A stretch of 64,000 bases of DNA from Octopus sinensis (taxonomy: Eukaryota): positions 49,476,001-49,540,000 of the forward strand of contig NC_042997.1 in the NCBI RefSeq assembly GCF_006345805.1, read 5' to 3'. Position 1 is the stretch's first letter; each line of letters opens with the position of its first letter. Below are positions 38,402 through 52,595 of the stretch, piece after piece. The notes below the pieces were generated by a model. That model made no database searches. It worked only from the letters and a program-made list of their open reading frames with translations, and had not been told where the DNA came from. Position numbers and translations under genes: made by a program.

Positions 38402-39282
38402 CATAGAGTAGGTGTTTCAAAAAATTTGATATCATTTCGTAATCTAATAACTTTGCCAGTTCTTGTTCAAATGACTTCAAATTTTAACAGCCTGTGTAGA
38501 AACAGGTAAAAATTTTATGTTTAAGGTTTGATATATTTATCTTTTCAGGTATAGAAATGGCATTCACTGAAAGAAAAAAGGCGCTTTGTGTGTTGGGGTA
38601 TGCTCGAAAGTAGTCGAACAAGACTGCGCAGCGTGCATGAGAGAGCTCTCCAAGAAGTCACCAACGGCAATGCAGATATGGACACAGCACAAAAAATTCA
38701 AAGAGGAAGGCTCTTTGTGTAGGGCAAAAGGAACTGGACGACCACTAACATCGGAAGAGACGGTCGAGAGGGTTCGCCAAAAGACTCATGCGGAATCCCA
38801 AGAAGTGCATAAGAAGAACAAGACTGGAAACCCAGATTCCACCAACGACGGTTTGGCGCGTCCTGAGGTAACGCTTGGTAATGAAATCTTACAAGCTGCA
38901 GCTCGTTCCGGCCATGACTGCAGATGACAGGCGAAAGCGCAAACATGGGGCTATGTAAAGGGCCTGGTCTATGTCCCCCTCTTCCTGCAAACCTAGAGGA
39001 ACTCGAGTAGAGAATCACTACCACACTGGAAACATGCTGCAGCGTGTATGGGAGGAACTGGTCTACCGACTTGACGTGTGCCGTGTCCCAGGCGGTGCAC
39101 ATATTGAACAATTGTGAAATCGTTCATGGAATCCACATACCTTTGAATTTCTCATTCAAATTTGGAGGAATAAATCTTATGCTATTCAACATTAAGCCTG
39201 TTTAGTTTCATTTGCTTTGACTGAGTAGTTTCTGTGATATTTACAAGTCAAATGATAGCAAATTTTTTCTTGAAACACCCTG
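38402..39282 (+). mobile_element. Internally deleted Tc1/mariner element (DUF4817-type HTH N-terminus)
   Basis: MAFTERKKALCVL...HKKFKEEGSL..KGTGRP joined to GYVKGLVYVP...VWEELVYRLDVCR..GGAHIEQL*; TIRs gtgtttcaaaaaatttgatatc / gatagcaaattttttcttgaaacac; TA flanks. Confidence 0.82.
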
Positions 39283-39450
39283 TATATAGATTAATTTTTT
39301 ATCAAGGGAAAATGATGCAAAGTGACTCAAAAGCGGGAAGTTTATCAAGCATGTACCCCCATACGCGCACGCACACGCACACGCACACGCACACGCACAC
39401 GCACACACGCACGTACACGCACACACATATATACACACATGCAAATGCAT

Positions 39451-39504
<54 letters not shown>

Positions 39505-40611
39505 GCATATACATACATATATATAGATGGATTAAAACACTGGTTCAAACTCCTTGGTGCTCTGAGTTTCAAGCGTGTCGCTAGTCTTCGGCCATTGAGT
39601 CTAAATATATATGTGTATCTATACGTGCATGTGTGTGTGTGTGCCTGCGTGTGGACATACGTACATAATACATACAGATGGATAGTTATATTGATATATA
39701 TTTGTAGGAATGTATGGATGTGTACACATACATGCTCTCACACACATGCACCGAAAAAATATCTTTTATATGTCTTTTCTCAACAAGTATATACCTTCCT
39801 TCTTTTGAGTTAATCAGCTCAAAATGTAGATATACATACATACATAAATACATACATACATACATACATACATGCGAGCGCGCATACACAATATACACGC
39901 ACGTGTGCGCGCTCACACACATATTTATATGTATAAAGAAAATGAACAGAAGTCAGAGGGTGTGGAGGGAAAAGAACGGCTGAACTTTGAAGATTCTTGT
40001 AAGTATTTCAGAAATCAAATAACGATTATTGAGGTTTTCTTCTCGTTGTTCATTGCTAAAGTAATATAGGTTTTTTACTAATGGGATGTAGGTTATGATG
40101 TGTGAAACTGGGACAGTCAGTCTATCAAAATACAAAGGCTAAATTGTTTGATTTTCTTCAATGCCAAAATAACTCAGTTTTTCCCTTTTTTTTCTTTTTA
40201 CCTTTTTCTCTATTTCATTTCCTTTCTTTTTTTTTACTGTTCTATTCTAGAAGAGAGAAAAAAGGAGAGAGAAAAAAAAAAGGAGAGAGAAAAAACACAA
40301 AATGAAAATTTGACACCAATATCATTTCTTAAGATTATCTTTATCTCGACCAACCCTTCTCACACCCAACAACTTTTAAAAAACGTTTACTTATTTGTCT
40401 TCTCATTCACCCCTTTTCCCTTTTATAGTTTTCCGACTTTCTTCTTTTTTCTATTTCATTGTTTTTCTCTATATTTTGTGTCTGTGAGAACATACATGCT
40501 CTCTCGCCTCCCCCCACTCTCTCTCTCGCTTACACCCCACCTTTTACCAGTTTTGCAATCAGTGAAAAATCATAATGACTACAAAATCGTCGACAGAGAT
40601 TATGGACTTAT

Positions 40612-40613
40612 TA

Positions 40614-40675
<62 letters not shown>

Positions 40676-40688
40676 GTTATTATTATTC
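40612..40688. repeat. (ATT)n microsatellite
   Basis: Direct reading. Confidence 0.95.
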
Positions 40689-41397
40689 CTTGAGGTGCGG
40701 ATCCTCTTCCTGACCCAGATAATAAATCGATGGTCCTTCTTGGACGAGTATTGTTACGAAGACAGTGTTTTTAGATAAGGTGCCGTCTATGTACCGACAG
40801 AATGAAACCGGTCAAAATTTCACAAGCGTCTAACAGTGATCCTAGGAACGCCCCGCTCTTTAGTATCAGCAAGTAACTGGAATATCTTCCTAGAGACAAA
40901 TATGGATTGAGTGGAGCTAGCAGACAGGAGAGAGGCGAAAACTTACCATGCAAATATACCTAAACGTTTCTAGAAGTCTGACAGGTACTGACTGGATTTC
41001 CTGAATGTATCATTTTGGGTGTGCAGTAACCGCATCGGGCTATCCATATTGATTTGGTGGGTTAGTATACAAAGAAAGTGTGGTGCGTCCACAATTTCAA
41101 CTGGTCGGATATATATATAGAGCAAAAATTTGTGATCTGTACGCTCGACCTAGGTAGAACTCATAGGCAAGATCCGGTTACTAGAAGCTGAAAGCGTCGT
41201 TCGTTCACGCCGCATAAAACTTAGTGAGACCGGAATAAAATCTTAGAGACAGTTGACACGGGGGCAATCGCCAGCAGCTGATGGTGGGGGGTTCTGAAGA
41301 GGGGGAGTAGAGTAAAATAGGTTTTAGGAAGGAAATAGCGGCAGAGAAAAAGGAATTAAAGTGAGAGTTAATTAAAATTTAGGAGAAACAATTAGGA

Positions 41398-41398
41398 A

Positions 41399-41429
<31 letters not shown>

Positions 41430-41482
41430 TGATGTATGTATGTATGTATGTATGTATGTATGTATGTATGCATGCATGTATG

Positions 41483-41555
<73 letters not shown>
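41398..41555. repeat. (TATG)n/(TA)n microsatellite
   Basis: Direct reading. Confidence 0.95.
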
Positions 41556-41999
41556 GCGCACATACGACCGATGTGCTAATGACGGGAATAGCCTTAGATC
41601 ATTTCTTCAACGCAAAACAGCAAAAAAAAAACGTCCTTTAAGACAAGGAAACGAAATCCGTTCTCAGTCAGTCCCCCACTCACCATCGTCATCATCGTCA
41701 TCATGGTCATCATTATGCAGGTCACGAGAGAAGAGAATCGGTCAAAATGCTCATCAGTATTTCTTCCGGGTCTTCAAATTTTGAGTACAAATCACGTCGA
41801 AGTCAATTTCGAGTTATATTCTTTTAGGGCCGATGAACTAATGTACTAGTCAAGTGCTTGGGTGCATGTCATCGACTTTCTCCTCCCCTCAAAATGACCT
41901 CAGCCAAAGTTTGAAACTAAGGCAGTGAGCTGGTAGAATCGTTAGCGCGTTGGCGTAAACGCTTAGGGGCATTTTTTGTATTGCTATCTTTTTAGTAGT

Positions 42000-42330
42000 G
42001 GGTGGCGATTTTCTTCATTACTTCAGGAAGTGATGACCTGCCTGACACTAGTCCCGGGCTCAGTTGGCTCCGGCTGACAGTACCCGGTATGGGCCCCCTA
42101 TCCAGGGTTACGGAAAGGTGACAATCTTCAAAGAAATCGGGAGTGGAGCCCCGTCGGCGGTTTAGTGTTCGACTCAACACTCTTCCGGCAGCTCCTGCAA
42201 CCAAGCTGGTGCCAAACGTAATGCTCTGCACTCCTTTGGACTACGTCAGCAAAGTCGAGAGAGGAATACTGACGATTGGGATACCCAGGATTTTCTTACA
42301 TCTAGCCCAGGCTTGCACAAAACTGGAGAG
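42000..42330 (-). mobile_element. Probable RTE-related 5' UTR or non-autonomous fragment
   Basis: GC-rich island with tttggcaccagc..gcaggagctgcc..ggggctccactcc motif, recalled from RTE 5' regions. Confidence 0.4.
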
Positions 42331-42534
42331 GAAACGAAATGTAAAACCAGACGGGATTACTTTTGCGCAACTCCATTGTCTCCCGAGACAAAAGGATGCC
42401 AACAACAATCGTTTCGAGTGTACTTATATCTATCCTTATCGGTAATTTGTGAATATCTTTAAAGAAATGACTATACATCACTTCGATAGCAGAAACATTT
42501 CTTCGCTACCACAAGGTCTATGATAGCTAATGCA

Positions 42535-42700
42535 TTTCTTCCGGCTCTTTATGTTCTAAATTTAAATGCCGCTGAGGTCAACTTTGCCTTTCAGACTTTC
42601 AGGGTCGATAAAATAAAGTAACAGTCAAGTACTGAAGTTGACGTTATCGACTTGCTCCCGAGCTTCAAATTTGCTAGCCTTGTGCCATAATTAGAGAGTA
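42535..42700 (+). mobile_element. Diverged SINE family B copy
   Basis: gaggtcaactttgcctttca...gggtcgataaaataaagta core. Confidence 0.75.
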
Positions 42701-43134
42701 ACATAGATCTTTTCTGTGTGACTCCACCTGTGGAAAATTCAAAGTTTAGTGGAAATTTTAAAATTTGGTGTATTGGTGTAATTTTCCACGCTGAATCCCA
42801 GGGGCTAGTTCATTTTTTTTAGAAAATTTATTTTTTAAATTACAAAGTTTGATTATTTTTATCCGGTCAGGAAACAGAATTTTGAAGCTGTCGTTTTGTG
42901 CTTGGTTGCACGTGTTGTCAACTGTAACCACATGAAATACTGGCGGAATTCTGCTTTACGTACGACATATAATCCTTCATAACATTTTTATTTTTTGGAA
43001 TCTTTAGAAAATTTTCTACACACAGTAATTTATACGCTTATGCAATAACAAACAAAAAAACAAGAACAAAAGAAAAATTTCGGGGCGTAATTCAAGGATT
43101 ATTTGGCTGTTAATTTTAGCATGTCTTACCACCA

Positions 43135-43290
43135 CCGTCGAGGTCGACTTTGCCTTTCATCCTTTCGGGGTTGATTAAATAAGTACCAGTTGTGTACTGG
43201 GGTCGATGTAATCGACTCAATCCAATTGTCTGTCTTTGTTTGTCCCCTCTATGTTTAGCCCCCGGTGGGCAATGAAGAAATAAATAAGCG
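43135..43290 (+). mobile_element. 5'-truncated SINE family B (tail1)
   Basis: Body and tail match 11911-12152. Confidence 0.85.
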
Positions 43291-43650
43291 AAAAATGACC
43301 CCATTATTTGAGAGGACCCTAGCAAAAGGAGTAAGCAGCTTGGTAACAGCTTGGCTTGTTACTATGGAAACAGACACCTTTATGTCTGCGGCTTTGGATT
43401 GGCTAAATTTACCCAAAATTTGCAAACTTTAAAGGCTATCAAATCTTCATTTATTGATTTATGGCGAAATTGATTTCCATGTTAATGATTACCGTTCAAA
43501 ACTAAATATGAAATCATCTGGAACAAAAATTAAAAAAAAATGAAAAGTGACGACCAAACAGAAAAGGTCTAGAAACATTATTAATATTATTTCATTTAGA
43601 AAAGCAGCAAACTTGCAAAATCATTGGAACACAGGGAAATTGGTTTGAGT

Positions 43651-44176
43651 TACCGTAAATCCTCGAGTATAATCCGCCCTTGAGTATAATACGCAGGGGA
43701 TTTTTAAGGGGCTGTACATCTGAAAAACCTAAACCTTATGTATAATACGCACCCTTTCTCTAACTTGAGTCAAGGAGGTCTATATAACGTCCTTGGTTTG
43801 TAAAAATGTATACGGTAACGTCCTTTATTATTATTGTATATATAACATAATGCAAACGTGTAGCTTTTTTGTGCATTTTGTTTGTAGAAAATAAAGGAAT
43901 AACAGTAATAACGGTAACAACGTTTAATAAATGTTGCTTACTGCAAGTTAAGGATGATTCTTTTATGACTTCATTGCTTTCAGGCTTAGCTTAAGATATT
44001 TTCGCGCCCGACATCACAAAATGCGCCTGAATAAACATTGCCGGACAGCAAATCGAGACTCGGACATTGCTTAGAAAATAATTTTCATTTTTAACCTCGT
44101 ATATAGTACGCACTAGGGATTTTGACCTTTAAATTTTGGGGAAAAAAATGAGGATTATACTCAAGGATTTACAGTA
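43651..44176. mobile_element. MITE family C, copy 3
   Basis: taccgtaaatcctcgagtata ... tatactcaaggatttacagta. Confidence 0.9.
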
Positions 44177-45761
44177 TTTGCTCCGACTCTTTACATATTC
44201 AATTGAAATTCCGTCGAAGTCATCTTTGCTTCGCATCCTTTCAATGTTGATAAAATATAAATATCTTTAGCCCTGGGTTGATGGTATCTGAAACCTTCCC
44301 TTCAAAACCACTGGACTTGAGCTTTTATTACTGTGATCAGTGTTGGTAGAATGATACATATTTCATAAACCACTTCTAAGGTTTTTAACATTTATACCAC
44401 TTTACTGTCTTACGTTTACGAATTTGTAACGGCCTTCTTGCTAAGCTAACGTTGTTATTATTACTTTCGGTGGATGAGAACTATAGGTGGCGGTCGTAAT
44501 TGTGTTATTAGCTGTGTCGGGCTTAATGTTTAAAAGATAACGAAAGAAAAAAAAAAGCCCACGAAGGGTTACTAAGTTTACAAATAAAATCTTTGTTTTG
44601 TGAAGCATGTCAGTAGCTGTCAGTTGTCAAACGATAAAGACAAACTTTTATACTGGGGGAACCGAAAATAGATAGTAAATATATAAAACAACAGAAGGTA
44701 CCCTAACATGAAATAACCAAAACAAAGTGTTTCCTCACATGCAGTAAAAAGGAAAAGGAAAAAAAAAAAAAGAAAGAATTTTGATTAAATCCTTACTTCT
44801 GAACGTTTTACATGCATAGTAAATAGTCTTTACAAATATGTAGGAACACACGTGTTTGTACGAATGCGTACGTGTTAGTAATATACACACTTGCTGAGAT
44901 AAAGACAATAATTCATACATCTATATACACACATACGCATATAGTACATATAAACATTTACACAAGCATGTGTGTAAATGTGCGTATATATATATGTGTG
45001 TGTGTATATACATATATATATATATATGTGTGTATATACATATATATATTATCATTATTTCTAAATCTCTTTAAACGAGATACATACGCACAAACACACA
45101 TACACAGACATATTTATATATGTATATACATATACACACATATGCACACATGTATGTATACCCACATATATGTAACCACACGTACACATGCGTGCGCGCG
45201 CGCTTGTGCGTGTGTGTGTGTGTGTATGCATGTGTGTGTGTGTGTGTGTATGTGTGTGTGTGTGTTGTGTGTGTGTGTGTGTGTGTGTCATACAAGTGTG
45301 GGAGCAATTATTGTTTAGCGAACCAGTGGAGCCACTGAGGGCATTTTTTGGTAGGAAAAAGTTTAAAAAAAAAAGCAAGAAAAGAAAAAGTCCCTTCTTT
45401 TGGCGTCCGCTATCACAAAGACGATGTTACTCAGTGTGTGTGGAAGTCAAATGCCTCGGCAAGGGATAGGAGGACATCATTTCTGTGACGTGCTGAGGAA
45501 TCACATGCCTGAACGAAGCTGTGTATCCTTAATGTCCTTCAGCAGAATGTACGAATAACATTAGTCGTTGCTGTTGTTTATACTTTGGCTAGCCTTGATC
45601 CAGCAGAACTGTGATCAAAAGCATTCGGCCTCGGCCATCTCGTCATCCTCTTGGCCATTGTATATTTAAGACTAATCCAATTATCTAATTTCTCTTTCTA
45701 TTTGGAAACAGGAGGGGGCAACTGGAGGTCGATTTGAAGAGGAGTTTCCGATTAGGTACTC

Positions 45762-46103
45762 CTCTTTTACTCTTTTACTCTTTTACTTGTTTCAGTCATT
45801 TGACTGTGGCCATGCTGGAGCACCGCCTTTAGTCGAGCAAATCGACCCCAGGACTTATTCTTTGTATACTAGTACTTATTCTATCGGTCTCTTTTGCCGA
45901 ACCGCTAAGTTATGGGGACGTAAACACACCAGCATTGTTTGTCAAGCGATGTTGGGGGGACAAACACAGAAACATATACACACATACATATATATATATA
46001 CATACATACGACGGGCTCCTTTTCAGTTTCCGCCTACCAAATCTACTCACAAGGCTTTGGTCGGCCCTAGGCTATAGTAGAAGACACATGCCCAAGGTGC
46101 CAC
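45762..46103 (-). mobile_element. SINE family A, head truncated
   Basis: Colinear with 10381-10787. Confidence 0.9.
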
Positions 46104-46584
46104 TCCGTAGTCTTGTGGAGAAAAGGAAAAGGTTAATTGTTTCTTCCGTTTTTTTTTGTACGCTTATTCTTAACGCAACTAGGCAGGTTCAAACGCAGAA
46201 CACATTGGGTGCTGTAGTGTATGTATGAAGAGAATAACTCCTCCCTTTTACGATAAGTTTTTTCAATACATTCGTCTCATTGGTGTACGGCAGTGTTTCG
46301 ACATGTGTCTCGAAACACGAGTGTTTTTCAAGTGTCCCAGAATGCCGTGCACCAATAAGACGAGTGAGTTTGATAAACTGTTGTAGTAAAAGGGGGAAGA
46401 TATTTTCCTAAGACATACATTACAGCGCATAGCATATTTTGTGTCTGAACCTACCCAGATGTGCAAATATTAATTCCAGATCTCGCTGTAGACGGTGAAA
46501 ATAACGATTTTATTTCATTTTTTTTTTTGGTTACATTTTTCGCCATCTTTCAAAACATTTTCCTTTCTTATAGGTGAAAGCAAG

Positions 46585-46775
46585 TGACCTAGTGATGATC
46601 AAGGCGTTGGGTTAGCGATCGTCAGTTCATGTGTTCGATTCTGAAACCGTAGAGCGAATGATGTCCTTCAGTAAAGCACTTCCTTTCCTGCTTTTCCAGT
46701 ACACTCAGTTAAAAATTAGTACCTCTAGTATCTATGACGGACTGGTGTCCTGTGCAGGAAGGGAAATACAAACCT
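46585..46775 (+). mobile_element. Older tRNA-derived SINE (third family)
   Basis: A-box/B-box-like head (..gtgttcgattc..) followed by an aaagcactt...ccagtacactcag...tagtacc core. Confidence 0.55.
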
Positions 46776-47436
46776 TGTGCTCACAGTTTTAACACATTGA
46801 AAATCCGGCAAAGTTCTGGTTTCGTTAGCCTTTCTCGAAGCAGACCTGAAAATAGAAAAGTTATGAAGTGTTTAATACGTTTGCGTCCGTATGCAATCAT
46901 GGGTAAATAAATATCGATTTATGTATCTGTTGTGTAGCTTTTGGTCTGCCTGGCCAAGCAGGCCTACCATCAAAAGCTCTCCTATCGTTAAAATCCCATC
47001 TCGGGGACATATGTTGAAGATGTTAGGGTGCGATTTGAAGGAAGATTTAGCTGGTATTTCTAGCAGATCAAACTACTGCATAGAGGCTTCCTCGCTGGCT
47101 CATCGTTTTACTGGAAATTCTTAATCAGTTTTAGAGAAAAGACTTCATTATTCACACACGCGCGCTCGCATGTACACACATAACGATGATATGTAGCAAA
47201 CAAATGAGAAGAAAATATCATTATTATACATGGCTCTTTTATTTTCATTGTTACAATGTATGACACAACCTGGAACTGTTGCTACGCTCTAATTATTCGC
47301 CGTTCTGTTATCCACCCTGTAGTTAGTTAAAGTCATCCTTTGTTGACTGCTAGAAGACTGGAGGAAAAAAGAGAAGAAGAAAGAGTAAGGCAGTCTACCT
47401 TTCTGGGCTGACAAGTCGATAAGTGAAATTATATAT

Positions 47437-47668
47437 GGCGGCGAGCTGGCAGAAACGCTAGCACGCCGGACGAAATGCCTAGCGGTATTTCGTCTGCCAT
47501 TACGTTCTGAGTTCAAATTCCGCCGAGGTCGACTTTGCCTTTCATCCTTTCGGGGTCGATAAATTAAGTAACTGTTACGCACTGGGGTCGATGTAATCGA
47601 CTTAATCCCTTTGCCTATCCTTGTTTGTCCCCTCTACGTTTAGCCCCTTGTGGGCAATAAAGAAATAA
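47437..47668 (+). mobile_element. SINE family B (tail1), full-length solo copy
   Basis: ggcggcgagctggcagaaacgctagc...aagaaata. Confidence 0.92.
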
Positions 47669-48289
47669 GGGTGAAAGTTGTATTGCTGTGCGATGACAAT
47701 CTATAAGTGAAGGGAGAGAAATAGATGCCCTTCGGCTTGGCGTCAAGACACCTAAGAAACAGAACCGATTTTGGGTTCTGTATTTATTTATTTATTTATT
47801 TATTTACTAAATTAGGTCAGACTTTCCGTCTCTTATCTGCCTGAACCCTATTTAATCTAATAATATTAACTTAAACAATAGAATTCAACCAAGTGTTGAT
47901 TCGGTTTCGAATCTTGGTTTCGAATCTAAGAAGCTATTTGTTATACAGGTACACACACACACATACACACAGACATGCATTGGTTAAGAGTATAGGGCGG
48001 GCGATTAGAAAACACTTTGAAAGCGTAGGGAGAAAGTCTTTGCGTTGTTTTCAGCTGTGGCTTTTTATTCTCACAAGGCCTTCGTTTGTATGGCAAACTC
48101 GTTTTTCTCTAAGCCCACAAAATGGCGTCTTCTAAAAAAAAAAAAAAACTACTACGGGAAACCACCTTAGCATTTCTCCCACGAAAATTACTCGCAGCTA
48201 CACGATGTCAACAAAGTAATCAGGAGTCCTTCGACGACCTGATGGCGCAAAGATTATTTGTGAATGTGCTGCTTTTAATTATTTGTGAT

Positions 48290-48550
48290 TTCATGTATAT
48301 CTGTATGCATATGTATGTGTGAATTGTGTATGTGTGCGCATGTATGTGTGTTTGTGTGTGTGTATGTGTGTGTGTATGTGTGTGTGTGTATGAGGGTGTA
48401 TGTGTGCGCATGTATGTGTGTATATATGTGTGTGTGTGTATGTGTGTGTGTGTGTGTGTATGTGGGTGTATGTGAGCGCATGTATGTGTGTATGTGTGTG
48501 TGTATGTGTGTGTGTATGTATGTATGTGTGTGAGCGTATGTATGTGTGTA

Positions 48551-48582
<32 letters not shown>

Positions 48583-48625
48583 TGGTGTGTGTGTGTGTGT
48601 GTGTGTGTGCGTGTGTGTGAGCGAG
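48290..48625. repeat. (TG)n/(TATG)n array
   Basis: Direct reading. Confidence 0.9.
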
Positions 48626-49229
48626 CTTGAGAATATATTCATTGCATGGAGTTGAGTGTGTTTAGGCATTTAAAGTATGGCGGAAACACATTCATTAAAT
48701 ACACCGGAAATAAGGGTACTCGATTACCAACATTTAAAAGTCAAATAGTAATAGTAATATTAACCACCACTACCACCACACTCACTTTCACTAACACCTT
48801 CATCGCCATCTCATCTCTACCGCCACCACCACCACCACCACCACCACCAAAACCACCAACACCACTACCATTCATAATCACCAATACTACTACTATAACA
48901 ATCGCCATCACCACCGCTACCCACAGATACACACAATAAGCAAATGCCACGATAACAAAACAAAATAGAGCGATAACGTCGCTAACAGTACGACAACTAT
49001 CTTCTACTTATTGTTAAACATCAACCATGCAATTAGCCAGAACAAGCAAAGCATGAACCTATGAACAAGCGAACGCTTACAGAAAAAAGAACGAAATAAT
49101 GAAAGAATAAATTAATAAGTGAACGCTATAAATAAGCGACGAATAGATAAAAATCAGACGTGAAGAAATGATTGGTGGAAAAGTTGTTAAAATGTTTTGT
49201 GGCGGCCATTGAATTGGATGAAAACAGAT

Positions 49230-49273
49230 CGTTGTATATATATATATACATGTCACAGCCGTGCTCACTCATC

Positions 49274-49337
<64 letters not shown>

Positions 49338-49339
49338 AT

Positions 49340-49374
<35 letters not shown>

Positions 49375-49454
49375 ATATATATCTATATATATTATATATA
49401 TATACACATCTATTATATATATACATATATATATATATATTACACATCATATAT

Positions 49455-49489
<35 letters not shown>

Positions 49490-49535
49490 GATATATACAT
49501 TCATATATATACATATACATATACATATACATAAC

Positions 49536-49599
<64 letters not shown>

Positions 49600-49640
49600 A
49601 TATATATATGTACGTATGTATGTATATACATACATTCATA
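49230..49640. repeat. Long interrupted (TA)n array
   Basis: Direct reading. Confidence 0.92.
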
Positions 49641-49878
49641 TATGGAAAGAAAGTGAGGAGGAAAAATACCTAAGAAAGGTGAGACAGAAAGAGATAATGG
49701 AAAAAAAATATACGCCCACACTCGCAAAGATATACACTGAAGTACGCATGTAGTTATATTAGATTTTGTATGAAATAATCAGGAACAGAATACCGAAACG
49801 CGTGCACGGGCGAGCGCACAGACACACACAGATACACACACACACACACACACACGCACACACACTCACACACACACA

Positions 49879-49911
<33 letters not shown>

Positions 49912-50189
49912 GTACGTACGTATATAAGTTATGCACGTCTAAGTGAAATATTAAACGGAAATACAAAATAGTGTTGCAATCAAGATGTGGAAAACTTAAG
50001 TTTAGGGAACAATTAGAGAATAATAAAACTTGATGAAACAACAATAGACATAAATCTCCCGTCGTAGATGATGATTTAAGTTCCGTGAAAGTAGCATATT
50101 AACAACAGTATCGCTCGCTTCAGTGTGCAAGTAGATTTAAAGAAAAAACTTTATGAGGAAAAGATGTTGTGAACAAAGTATACATACGT

Positions 50190-50480
50190 GCATGCACTCA
50201 ATAAAAGGTAAGCACCACAGACCTGATCTAGGATATGGAAGAGAAACTGCACAGTTGTGAAAATTAGCTGCCCAGCGTATGTTAACATAAAGCTGAAGAT
50301 CAGTGAAAAAGAGAACACCTACCCTGAACTATTGAGAAATCTACAGTTACTCTATCCAGATTACAACTTCAGGTTTATATCTGTAATTATTAGGGACTTG
50401 GGATATGTAACACACTGCCTATAGACTAATATTGAGAAACAAGGCTTCTGAAAACCAGCTTCTGAAAAATAGAAATCTGC
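50190..50480 (+). mobile_element. R4/Dong-like restriction-like endonuclease (REL) domain fossil
   Basis: HHRPDL..DMEEK.CTVVKISCPAYVNIKLKISEKENTYPELLRNLQLLYPDYNFRFISVIIRDLGYVTHCL: PD-(D/E)xK-type C-terminus; abuts (CATA)n. Confidence 0.7.
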
Positions 50481-50542
50481 ACATACATACATACATACAT
50501 ACATACATACATACATACATACATACATACATACATACATAC

Positions 50543-51090
50543 ATGGTGGCTACCCCCTCGTTATCGAGTATGGCCATTGCGCGAAGCTTAATCAATGTTG
50601 TTATCGTGCAATGCCTGTGCAAGATTTTTTTAAGTAGAAAGGGGAAAGGCTGTGCACTGAGTCATCCCACTCACTAAGCAACAGCAGCCATAATCCGAAA
50701 AGAAGAACAAGTCAACATCATCGGTAACTACTGAGCCGCAGGTTTTATGTCGGAGTTATCCCAGTTACCTGAGTTACCTTCTCCTAGAAGGATACCCTAA
50801 CAAAGGCTAGGAGTCCTTCACTCCCAATGGTTTAACTGCGCGATTGGGTATTCAGTCCGATTATTTCTATGTCCCCGCGCATGATACAGCCTTAAGACAT
50901 TTATTGGATGGCCGTTGACTCTCAAGAGTTCCTCTGCTCTTTGACGGGTTTTGTTTTTCATCCCACGGGGTGTCCAATAAGCACCCTCCTCACCAAGCAA
51001 GCTTGGTGGGGTTGTCGGTTTAGTCGCCGACGACCCGACCATGCAACAGGTTGTACTGGGTTACATGTTACCAGTAGCACTCGAAAGTGA
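50543..51090 (-). mobile_element. Probable RTE-derived non-autonomous element between two (CATA)n blocks
   Basis: ctaggagaaggtaactc motif recalled from RTE 5' UTRs; sharp boundaries with (CATA)n on both sides. Confidence 0.45.
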
Positions 51091-51123
51091 CCTGACACAT
51101 ACATACATACATACATACATACA

Positions 51124-51155
<32 letters not shown>

Positions 51156-52072
51156 ATAATACCTTGTTGTTGATATTGAAATTCCAACGAAAGAGCCTTG
51201 AATCTAGCTTAGAAACCTGCTCTTTCTCTATTGGCAAGAAATCTTGAAATAAAACTGAACAATGACATACATACATACACATAAATGATATGAAAATAAA
51301 TCTATATGATACTCAAAATTTTAAACTCTTCATCAGATAACGTTTAATAAAAAGTGCAGCGAAAAGTCAACCATGGAAAGTAAACTATTGCCATATCAGT
51401 AACGTATCTAATTATGTTTTATTTTATCTTAAAATATTTTAATTTATCTCATTTTACACTGTAAATGTTTGTATTTTTTCTATAAACAACTTCTATAAAC
51501 TATTTAGAAGATTGAAGGAGATTAATATCTTTGTGTAATATGTTTAGAAAAAGCACAAACAGAGCAAATAATCATATTGCTCAATATTAATCTAAACTTA
51601 AATAACAGCACATTAAATGAAATTAATGACCGTTGCTAAAGAGTGTGGATCTTTATCAAACGATGCGCGTTGTGCACTTCAGAAATGTATGGAAGTTTGT
51701 ATTGTTAGTTCCTTTACTTTATCAACTCTCCGAGCTAATTTACATACTCATTTACATAAGATACAGTTTCTATGATGAGTTTTCTCTTAGAAATAAATCA
51801 TATACAAAGGGATGTTGAAAAGAAAAGACAGGAGGATCAGTTAATTATGATTTTATTCGACATAGCCCCCCCCATCCCCCTTAGATTCACACACTTATTG
51901 CAGTGATACGTATAGATACAAAGATCGTGATTCTGGTTGTACGCCATTTTAGTTGACATATTAAATGAGGTTTTATTATGAATCAATGAGAAATAAGTAA
52001 TTCTTTTATTTTCTTGGGCATTCCTAGACAGACGATTCATTGTCTGTGTAGGACGGTTCATTCAAATAGAGT

Positions 52073-52292
<220 letters not shown>

Positions 52293-52503
52293 TGTTTGTG
52301 TGTCTGTGTTTGTCCCCCTAGCATTGCTTGACAACCGATGCTGGTGTGTTTACGTCCCCGTCACTAGCGGTTCGGAAAAAGAGACCGATAGAATAAGTAC
52401 TGGGCTTACAAAGAATAAGTCCCGGGGTCGATTTGCTCGACTAAAGGCGGTGCTCCAGCATGGCCGCAGTCAAATGACTGAAACAAGTAAAAGAGTAAAA
52501 GAG
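52293..52503 (+). mobile_element. SINE family A, 3' half
   Basis: Matches the tail half of 10381-10787. Confidence 0.9.
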
Positions 52504-52505
52504 AG

Positions 52506-52595
<90 letters not shown>

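Noticed and set aside
49735-49810. CTGAAG...GAAACGCGT as a hammerhead
   Set aside because: The core is incomplete (CTGAAGT) and there is no stem II complementarity.
50990-51090. Possible HDV-like ribozyme at the 5' end of RTE-like elements (also 42140-42240)
   Set aside because: Local hairpins and a CTAA motif exist, but I could not build consistent P1/P2/P3/P1.1 pairings by hand.
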